The notes below the pieces were generated by a model. It was not told the DNA's origin and searched no databases. It saw nothing but the letters and a program-made list of their open reading frames with translations. DNA of 44,079 nt, filler included, from Eubacteriales bacterium (GTDB lineage Bacteria; Bacillota; Clostridia; Oscillospirales; CAG-382), in the NCBI GenBank assembly GCA_045636665.1. It is 3 parts of 3 records of this genome, joined end to end, with 100 filler letters (N's around TTAATTAATTAA, not from the genome) between each part and the next. Parts side by side here need not be neighbours in the genome. Positions count along the whole stretch, not along the records: positions 36,968 to 44,079 come from JAZTXY010000139.1; 2 more parts are not named here. One strand, 5' to 3'. Positions 37,479 to 44,079 of the stretch are shown piece by piece (position 1 is the first letter of the stretch; the number at the start of each line of letters is the position of its first letter). The translations under genes were made by a program, and so were the position numbers.

Positions 37479-37949
37479 TTACCGAATTCCGAATCCCTTA
37501 ACAAAACCTTCGCCGTCCTTGGAACAAATATCGCCTGCAATGATTCTTCCGTTGCGAATAAAAACGGTTGCAAAAACCTCGCCCTCGTATTCGCTGTTAT
37601 TTACTTTATAAATATATACGGTTGCATCTTTGCCGAGATATCGTTTTAAATTTAGACCTTGAGCGCGTTGGATTTCGTTGTAAGATTCGAAAACGCTGTT
37701 GAATTCCTCGGGAATTTCCATTTCAAAAACATCAACCGGCTTAGGATCAACGTCGTGCCCGAATTGCGATAAAAAGTTTACCATATCCTGCTCGGTCGAA
37801 ATGTTTTTAAAGTCTGTAGCCACCGATGCCACGTCTGCGGCGGCATTAACCGACGGTAAGATGCTTATTGCCGTTGTAAGCAAAGCTACAGATAAAGCTA
37901 AAATTCCAAAGAACTTCAGCCCTGACGCTTTCATAGTAAAAACAAACAT
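37479..37949 (-). CDS. DUF4830-like exported protein
   Basis: N-terminal hydrophobic helix; FLSQFG...IPEEFN...YNEIQRAQGLNL..YLGK...Y.Y.V.N...GRIIAGDI pattern. Confidence 0.75.
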   Translation of the reverse strand: MFVFTMKASGLKFFGILALSVALLTTAISILPSVNAAADVASVATDFKNISTEQDMVNFLSQFGHDVDPKPVDVFEMEIPEEFNSVFESYNEIQRAQGLNLKRYLGKDATVYIYKVNNSEYEGEVFATVFIRNGRIIAGDICSKDGEGFVKGFGIR

Positions 37950-38005
37950 AAAATCGCTCCCTTTGATTACTTGATAGATTTATATAATCAATTGGGAGAA
38001 AATAT

Positions 38006-39919
38006 TCATTCTTCGTAAGACATAACGATGTTTTCAAGCCGTTCAAGCTCTTCATACAGCTGATCGATCTTTTCTTCTAATTCGTTCTTGCTTTCAAAAA
38101 GTGCATTGAGTGCTACGTAATCACTTGTAATAGCTTCGTCATTTTCTTTAAGCTTTAATTCTGAAAGCTGATTTTCGAGATCTGCAATCTCCTTTTCGGT
38201 TGAAGCAAGTCGGTTTTTTGCAGACCTATATTGGTTTTTGCGCTGTTTCGCTTCTTCAAAGTTGCTTTTGCCCGCGCCTTCATCGCGCTTTTCGATAACG
38301 ACTTCGTTTTTCTTGCACTTTTCGATATATTCGCTGTAAGTACATCTTTTAAACGAATATCCGCAATCGAATCCCGTTTTGTCAATTTCAAGTATAGCGG
38401 TTGCGAGATTTTGAATAAAATATCTGTCATGAGAAACGGTAATTATGGTACCGTCATACTCACGCAATGCGCTTTCCAAGGTTTCGCAGGAATCGATATC
38501 AAGGTGATTGGTAGGTTCGTCGAGTATAAGCAAGCTTACGCCGCAAGCGACCATTTTTGCAATAGAAAGACGAGCGCGTTCGCCACCGCTGAGAACCGAA
38601 ATGCTTTTGAAAACATCATCGCCCCTAAAACCGAATTGGGCAAGCATCGAACGTATTTGCGTGTTGGTTTTATCGGAATATACGCTCCATATTTCATCAA
38701 GCACGCTATTGTTTTGATCGAGTAATTGCTGTTCCTGGTCATAATATCCGATGGTCTGATTATAACCAAGCTCGAAAATACCGCTTTTTTGAGTTTCTCT
38801 TCCGGTAAGGATTTTTATTAACGTTGATTTTCCGCAACCGTTTTCGCCGATTACAAAAAGACGTTCTCCTCGCTTCAGTTCAAAGGAAAGGTCGTTGAAC
38901 AGCTCGTTGTTGGGATAAGACATTGATAGCGAGCGTACCGAAAGAACGTCGTTGCTCATAGCACCCGAATTTGATATTTTGAACTGAATACCTTTTTCTT
39001 TTTCCTTCGGCTTTTCAAGCTTGACCATTTTGTCAATGGTTTTTTGTCTGCTTTCTGCGGCGATTATGTTCTTTTCGCGGTTCCATTTGCGTTGGTTTTC
39101 AATAAACGCTTCAAGCCTTGCTATTTCTTTTTGTTGCAGGTTATAATGCTTGAGCTTTGCCTCGTCAAGTGCCTTTTTCTTTGCACGGAACGTTGTATAG
39201 TTGCCGTCGTACATTTCCGAAACACCGTGCGATATTTCAAGCGTTTTTGTCGTGGTTCTGTCAAGAAAATATCTATCGTGTGAAATAATAAGGAAGGTTT
39301 TTTTAGAAGTGTTGATATAGTTCTCGAGCCATTCGCGTGCAGTTTTATCCAAATGGTTCGTCGGTTCATCAAGCAGCATTACATCGGGGTCGGTCAAAAG
39401 TAATTTTACGAGAAGCAATTTTGTTTTTTGACCGCCACTTAAAGAATCGGCGTTTTTGCTAAGGTCACATTCGTTAAAACCGAATTTTGCGAGCATAGAC
39501 TTTGTTTTACCGACGTATTCATTACCGCCCAATCGGTTGAATTGTTCGGTTTCCGTAACAAAAGCCTTGATTGCGGTTTCATCGCCGCTTTCCATTCTTT
39601 CGCGAAGAGAAGCAATTTTGTTTTCAAGGTCGATAAGATGAGAATATGCGGAAATAGCGGCATCAAAAATAGTACAGTTGAAGCGATGGGCATCGTTGAT
39701 TTGTTCCAAACAACCGATTTCTGCACCGTTGGAAATAAAAACGTCACCTTTTGTTGTTTCGAGATTGCCTCTGATTATAGAAAATAATGTTGACTTTCCC
39801 GCGCCGTTAACACCGATAACGCCTACCTTGTCGCCGGGGTTTACGGAAAATGTTATATTGTCAAGAATGACGTCTGCGCCATAAGACAAAGATACGCCGC
39901 TGCACACTAAAACGCTCAT
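38006..39919 (-). CDS. ABC-F family ATPase (YdiF/Uup-like translation factor)
   Basis: Two NBDs (GVNGAGKS/LSGGQ/LLDEPTNH and GENGCGKS/LSGGE/ILDEPTNH), helical linker, coiled-coil C-terminus, no TM. Confidence 0.93.
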   Translation of the reverse strand: MSVLVCSGVSLSYGADVILDNITFSVNPGDKVGVIGVNGAGKSTLFSIIRGNLETTKGDVFISNGAEIGCLEQINDAHRFNCTIFDAAISAYSHLIDLENKIASLRERMESGDETAIKAFVTETEQFNRLGGNEYVGKTKSMLAKFGFNECDLSKNADSLSGGQKTKLLLVKLLLTDPDVMLLDEPTNHLDKTAREWLENYINTSKKTFLIISHDRYFLDRTTTKTLEISHGVSEMYDGNYTTFRAKKKALDEAKLKHYNLQQKEIARLEAFIENQRKWNREKNIIAAESRQKTIDKMVKLEKPKEKEKGIQFKISNSGAMSNDVLSVRSLSMSYPNNELFNDLSFELKRGERLFVIGENGCGKSTLIKILTGRETQKSGIFELGYNQTIGYYDQEQQLLDQNNSVLDEIWSVYSDKTNTQIRSMLAQFGFRGDDVFKSISVLSGGERARLSIAKMVACGVSLLILDEPTNHLDIDSCETLESALREYDGTIITVSHDRYFIQNLATAILEIDKTGFDCGYSFKRCTYSEYIEKCKKNEVVIEKRDEGAGKSNFEEAKQRKNQYRSAKNRLASTEKEIADLENQLSELKLKENDEAITSDYVALNALFESKNELEEKIDQLYEELERLENIVMSYEE

Positions 39920-39947
39920 TTCGGTCCTCCGAAAAAGTTATGCAGTA

Positions 39948-39976
39948 ATGATAACATATTGAAAATGAATTGTCAA
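39948..39976 (-). promoter_or_regulatory. SigA promoter for the ABC-F gene
   Basis: TTGACA-17 nt-TATCAT with extended TG. Confidence 0.7.
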
Positions 39977-39990
39977 ATTTATGTTAAAGT

Positions 39991-40023
39991 AAAAAATATC
40001 GCTCCCAAACGGAAGCGATATTT
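39991..40023 (-). terminator. Intrinsic terminator after DUF378
   Basis: Minus strand AAATATCGCTTCC-GTTT-GGGAGCGATATTT followed by a T tract. Confidence 0.7.
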
Positions 40024-40036
40024 AAAACCTTATTCG

Positions 40037-40252
40037 TTACGATTCAAGTGCGGGTGTTGTTTCTCTGCTTCTGAAGAAGAGAGAAGTAAGCCAGAGTCCG
40101 CTTATTGCTACGAGCGTATAAACGATTCTGCTGAAGATATCGCCTTGTCCGCCGAATATCCATGCGACGATGTCAAAGCTGAAAAGTCCGATAGAACCCC
40201 AGTTGATAGCGCCGACAATACAAAGGAATAATGCTATTCTGTCAAGTATCAT
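40037..40252 (-). CDS. DUF378 (YuzA-like) small membrane protein
   Basis: IVGAINWGSIGLFSFDIVAWIFGG...SRIVYTLVAISG; AAGGAGG RBS. Confidence 0.9.
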   Translation of the reverse strand: MILDRIALFLCIVGAINWGSIGLFSFDIVAWIFGGQGDIFSRIVYTLVAISGLWLTSLFFRSRETTPALES

Positions 40253-40302
40253 AATTCATCCTCCTTGTAATATATTTTGCTCTGACTAAAAATAAATATT
40301 CA

Positions 40303-40331
40303 TTGACTTTATTGTAAATTTTGGTTATTAT
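40303..40331 (+). promoter_or_regulatory. SigA promoter for trmB
   Basis: TTGACT-17 nt-TATTAT. Confidence 0.6.
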
Positions 40332-40375
40332 GTTTTTGTTGATATATTTTTTATGCAAAAACGAGGTATCTTTTT

Positions 40376-41020
40376 ATGAGAATGAGACCAAAAAAGAACA
40401 GAGATAAAAGAATGCAAAAGGTTGAACATCTTTTTGTTCAACAAAACGAAAACGGCGTTGTCGATCTTGAAAAATCATTTTCGTTTAAATCCGAGCTTTA
40501 TCTTGAGATAGGATGTGGAAAGGGTGCGTTTATAATCGGTCTTTCCGAGCAAAATCCCGATAAACGTCTTTTGGCGGTGGAGCTTGTACCCGACGTGCTT
40601 ATGATGGCAATGGAAAAAGCCGAAAGGGAAGGCACAAAAAACGTTTGCTTTCTCAATGCCAATGCCGAAAACATTGCGGACATTATCCCCGAAGGCTCGG
40701 TTTCGCGCTTGTATTTGAATTTTTCCGATCCGTGGCCCAAAAAACGCAACGCAAAGCGTCGTTTAACAAGTTCTTTGTTCTTGGAAAAATATAAAAAAAT
40801 ACTTGCCCCGAAGGGCAAGATATTCTTTAAGACAGACAATAAAGGTCTGTTTGATTATTCGCTTGAAAGCTTTGTTGCAAACGGCTTTAAAGTATCGGAC
40901 GTTTGCTTTGATTTGCACAGCGACCGTATTTTCAATAAAGACAATATAGAAACCGAATACGAAAAGAACTTTTCCGAAAAAGGATTCTTAATAAACCGTC
41001 TTACTGCCGAAGTTCTTTAA
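40376..41020 (+). CDS. trmB: tRNA (guanine-N7)-methyltransferase
   Basis: LEIGCGKG, LNFSDPWPKKRNAKRRLT, FKTDN, TEYEKNF. Confidence 0.97.
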   Translation: MRMRPKKNRDKRMQKVEHLFVQQNENGVVDLEKSFSFKSELYLEIGCGKGAFIIGLSEQNPDKRLLAVELVPDVLMMAMEKAEREGTKNVCFLNANAENIADIIPEGSVSRLYLNFSDPWPKKRNAKRRLTSSLFLEKYKKILAPKGKIFFKTDNKGLFDYSLESFVANGFKVSDVCFDLHSDRIFNKDNIETEYEKNFSEKGFLINRLTAEVL

Positions 41021-42473
41021 GCGATTCAAAAACTACCTCTCGTTCATCAAACGGATATTGAATCCCTTCGATTTCTTCGTACATTTCGTGTCCTTTACCT
41101 ATAAGTAAAACTATGTCGCCCTTCGAAGCAATTCGCAGGGCTTCTTTTATTGCGTCGCGACGTTTGGGAAGGATGATATATTTTCCGTCTGTTTTGTGCA
41201 TTCCGATTAAAATATCATCGATGATGTCTTCAACCTTTTCAAACCTTGAGTTGTCGGACGTGATAATTGAAAGGTCGGAATTAGCGCCAATAACTTCGCC
41301 CATAGCGTAGCGACGGAGCTTGCTTCTGTTTCCGCCGCATCCGAACACCGAAATAATGCGCGACGGATTATAAAGCTTTATGGTTTCAAAAAGGGTTTTG
41401 CAGCTAAATTCATTGTGTGCGAAATCGATAATAACCGTATAGTCGGTATTTGTAGGAACGATTTCCATTCTGCCTTTAACAAAGGTTTTTGCAAGACCTT
41501 CCTTTATGCAGTCATACGAAATGCCGTCGCACCTTGCAACGGCGATCGCCAAGGTTGCGTTGTAAAGAGAGAAGAATCCGGGCGTATTAATACCGATTTC
41601 GTTCACTGCTTCATTTTCTTTGCAATTGAATACTGTCTTTAACCCTTCATCCGACATTGAAAACAAAGGGGAATCAAAGGTAAAATCGGCGGTTTTGTTG
41701 CCGCTGATTGTCTTAATCGGGCAAGAAGCACCTTCGATAATCTTTTCAAAGTTATCCGAATCGGCATTGACTATGACCTTTTCGCTCTGATCAAAAATCA
41801 TCTTTTTGCAATTAAGATATTCGTCGAAATCCTTATGCTCGTTTTCACCGATATGGTCGGGGGAAAGGTTTGAGAAAACAGCGGTGTTGAATTTCAGACC
41901 GTAAGTTCTGTCGAGCTTGAAGCCCTGCGAGGTCGCCTCGATAATTGCGGTGTCGCATCCTCTTTCGAGCATTTCGTGATAATATTGATGGAGCAAATAA
42001 GATTCGGGCGTCGAATTGGGGGAGTCGTAAAAGCTGTCACCAATATATATACCCGTAGAGCCGATGACGCCAACCTTATGACCTGCCGCTTCGTATATGC
42101 TTTTGAGCATAAACGAAATGCTTGTTTTGCCTTTTGTACCGGTGATGGCAATTGCGTTTAATTTCTCGGCAGGGCGATTGAAATAATTCGCGCTTGCGAG
42201 AGCTAAAAACTTACGAGTGTCGTTGGTTTTTATTATAATTGCATCTTCGGGTAAATCAACATCATCCATAACCGCAAATATGCGAACGCCTTTTTGATAT
42301 ACTTCGTTTACATAAGAATGTCCGTCGGATTTGAAACCCTTTATGCAAACGAATAAAAGATTAGGCGCCGCCTTGCGCGAATCATATATGATATTATCTG
42401 CGGAAATTTCTTCGATATTGCCATTGCATATAATCTCGCAATCGATTTCGCGTAAAATTTCGTTTAATTTCAT
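41001..42473 (-). CDS. murE: UDP-MurNAc-dipeptide--diamino acid ligase
   Basis: YDSRK, ITGTKGKTS, STPES, NLSPDH, GRME, DFAHN, FGCGGNR, SDNSRFE, GKGHE; ATG 42473 after GGAGG. Confidence 0.93.
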   Translation of the reverse strand: MKLNEILREIDCEIICNGNIEEISADNIIYDSRKAAPNLLFVCIKGFKSDGHSYVNEVYQKGVRIFAVMDDVDLPEDAIIIKTNDTRKFLALASANYFNRPAEKLNAIAITGTKGKTSISFMLKSIYEAAGHKVGVIGSTGIYIGDSFYDSPNSTPESYLLHQYYHEMLERGCDTAIIEATSQGFKLDRTYGLKFNTAVFSNLSPDHIGENEHKDFDEYLNCKKMIFDQSEKVIVNADSDNFEKIIEGASCPIKTISGNKTADFTFDSPLFSMSDEGLKTVFNCKENEAVNEIGINTPGFFSLYNATLAIAVARCDGISYDCIKEGLAKTFVKGRMEIVPTNTDYTVIIDFAHNEFSCKTLFETIKLYNPSRIISVFGCGGNRSKLRRYAMGEVIGANSDLSIITSDNSRFEKVEDIIDDILIGMHKTDGKYIILPKRRDAIKEALRIASKGDIVLLIGKGHEMYEEIEGIQYPFDEREVVFESLKELRQ

Positions 42474-42489
42474 TCTGACCTCCACTGTT

Positions 42490-43263
42490 TTAAAAAAGGG
42501 TACCTTTAAATACCGTTGTGCAGTCGCCCGTAACGCTCATAGAGCCGTTTTCGTCGGTTATAACCGTTATCGTGCCGCCGTGTTGTATAACGTCGCATTT
42601 TGAACAATCGCGACCTAAATAGTTTGCGGCCGCAACACAAGCACAGCTGCCGGTAGTACATGAATATGTTTCGCCTATTCCTCTTTCCCAAACGCGCATT
42701 TCAATTGTGTTGGGATTGGATAAATATGCAAATTCTACGTTTGTGCCGTTTGGGAAATGCGGATGCTTTTCAATGCTTTTTCCGAATAACGCAAATTCGT
42801 CGTCACTTAATTCTTTAACAAATATCACGCAGTGTGGGTTGCCGAAGGATACCGAAACGTATGGAATGTTTACACCTGCAATATTAATGCAATTAGCTTC
42901 GTTGATCGTAGGCTTACCTATTTCGGTAGTGATATCGTTCTCATTTACCAAAACGGTCTTTATGCCCGAAATTGTTTGCACCGTAAAATTGCGCTTTTTG
43001 AAATATCCGTTTTCGCAAACGTATTTTGCCGAACATCTTAACGCGTTTCCGCAAATTTCCGCTTCAAATCCGTCGGGGTTAAATACGTGCATAAAATAAT
43101 CGGCTATGTCTGAACGCCCGATAAAAACAGCGCAGTCGCACCCTACACCGTAACGTCTGTCGCAAACCCTGCGGATTAAGTTTTCTGAAGGTATGCTTTT
43201 ATCATACGGATTTCCGAAAACAAAAAAATCGTTTCCCAAAGCGTGCATTTTATTAAAATTCAT
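42490..43263 (-). CDS. dapF: Diaminopimelate epimerase (divergent)
   Basis: KMHALGNDF, EAEICGNALRC, GNPHCV, FPNGTNVEF, RVWERGIGETYSC. Confidence 0.88.
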   Translation of the reverse strand: MNFNKMHALGNDFFVFGNPYDKSIPSENLIRRVCDRRYGVGCDCAVFIGRSDIADYFMHVFNPDGFEAEICGNALRCSAKYVCENGYFKKRNFTVQTISGIKTVLVNENDITTEIGKPTINEANCINIAGVNIPYVSVSFGNPHCVIFVKELSDDEFALFGKSIEKHPHFPNGTNVEFAYLSNPNTIEMRVWERGIGETYSCTTGSCACVAAANYLGRDCSKCDVIQHGGTITVITDENGSMSVTGDCTTVFKGTLF

Positions 43264-43275
43264 TATTATCACCTT

Positions 43276-43303
43276 ATTATATCATTTTTCGTTTGTTTTT
43301 CAA
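43276..43303 (-). promoter_or_regulatory. SigA promoter for dapF-murE
   Basis: TTGAAA-16 nt-TATAAT with extended TG, very close to the start codon. Confidence 0.5.
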
Positions 43304-43352
43304 TATATGCAAACGAAATTTTTATGTTACGTTGCAAATTTTGAAAAAACAC

Positions 43353-43380
43353 TTGAAATTGGTTTTATTTATGGTAAAAT
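43353..43380 (+). promoter_or_regulatory. SigA promoter for the isomerase gene
   Basis: TTGAAA-16 nt-TAAAAT with extended TG. Confidence 0.55.
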
Positions 43381-43429
43381 GTATTTAAATATGGAAAATT
43401 ATTAATTTTCGTCAAGAAAGGTTTGAATT

Positions 43430-44079
43430 ATGAAAATCGGTCTTATCGCCGACTTTGTCGGCAACACATTTGAAAGCAGTATTGTTAATGCAAAAAAACT
43501 TGGAGTTACCGGTGTTCAAAAGTATATGACAACCGGTGTTTTCAATGCTTTGGATCTCGATGATGCGAAGGTTAAAGAAGTTAACGATATTATGAATTCA
43601 AATGGCATCATCTTTTCGGCAATTTGCGGCGATTTCGGTCTTGATCTTGATGATGATACCATCGTTGAAAAATCCAAAAGAGTTCTCGAAAAGGCAAAAG
43701 AACTTAACTGCCATATCGTAACTACTCACATCGGACATCTTTATGAAACCGAAGATGCAAGAATGGAAAAAATCAGAAAGAATGCATCCGAATTGGCAAC
43801 TTACGCTGATAGCATCGGTTCGGTTTTCGCTGCAGAAACCGGTACCGAAAAAGCCGTTGTTCTCAAATCCTTCCTCGATTCTCTCGGTGCAAAGGGTCTT
43901 CGCGTAAATTATGACCCTGCAAATCTCGTTATGGTTGCAAAGGATGACCCCGTTGCAGGCGTATATACTCTTAAGGACTATATTGTTCATACCCACGCAA
44001 AAGACGGTATCGTTACCGATCAAACACCTCACGGCTGGCTTGAAGTTCCTCTTGGACAGGGCGGCGTTGATTGGGATAA
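43430..44079 (+). CDS. Sugar phosphate isomerase/epimerase (xylose isomerase-like TIM barrel), open at window edge
   Basis: Manual translation from ATG 43430 after [16 protein letters not shown]...TTHIG...FAAETG...VNYDPANL...HTHAKDG...[11 protein letters not shown]; no stop before the end. Confidence 0.9.
   Translation, partial: MKIGLIADFVGNTFESSIVNAKKLGVTGVQKYMTTGVFNALDLDDAKVKEVNDIMNSNGIIFSAICGDFGLDLDDDTIVEKSKRVLEKAKELNCHIVTTHIGHLYETEDARMEKIRKNASELATYADSIGSVFAAETGTEKAVVLKSFLDSLGAKGLRVNYDPANLVMVAKDDPVAGVYTLKDYIVHTHAKDGIVTDQTPHGWLEVPLGQGGVDWD

Noticed and set aside
38006..39919. ABC-F as an antibiotic-resistance (ARE) determinant
   Set aside because: Length, linker and coiled-coil C-terminus fit housekeeping YdiF/Uup types; the leader is too short for an attenuator.
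43305..43340. cre/LacI-like operator upstream of the isomerase gene
   Set aside because: TGTTACGTTGCA and TGCAAACGAAAT are only weakly palindromic and deviate from TGWAANCGNTNWCA.
43598..44032. 144-aa minus-strand ORF
   Set aside because: Antisense to the real plus-strand isomerase, which the ORF track missed because it has no stop in the window.

Overview
A 44-kb stretch of a low-GC spore-forming Bacillota (Clostridia-type, probably an uncultured gut/rumen MAG). It is three separate contigs (1-12624, 12725-36867, 36968-44079) joined by artificial N44-TTAATTAATTAA-N44 linkers, so adjacency across the joins is not evidence. Most content is housekeeping: dnaX (partial), large SRP RNA, DUF2812-hprK-ROK-lon-engB-lysA, RluA-family synthase, proC, spoIIM-like/xerD/YesL-like, groES (partial), THUMP methyltransferase, T-box-pheST, ireB-like, MsmK-like ATPase (partial), DUF4830, ABC-F, DUF378, trmB, murE, dapF-like and a partial TIM-barrel isomerase. 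The most interesting region is 14.2-23.9 kb: three secreted DUF4855-type putative glycoside hydrolases with different architectures (F5/8C module plus membrane anchor; C-terminal dockerin; N-terminal dockerin plus three F5/8C modules plus Ig-like domain). They sit next to a GH35 beta-galactosidase and a chromate-transporter pair, and their dockerins share an unusual KY/KR recognition code. This suggests a non-cellulolytic, cellulosome-like glycan-foraging system. Other oddities are a XerD with Lys at the first catalytic Arg, a GC-rich patch inside pheS, a divergent dapF beside murE, an ECF-type promoter before a BspA-like LRR gene, and candidate sporulation-sigma promoters. Family assignments come from motif recognition by eye; no searches were run.
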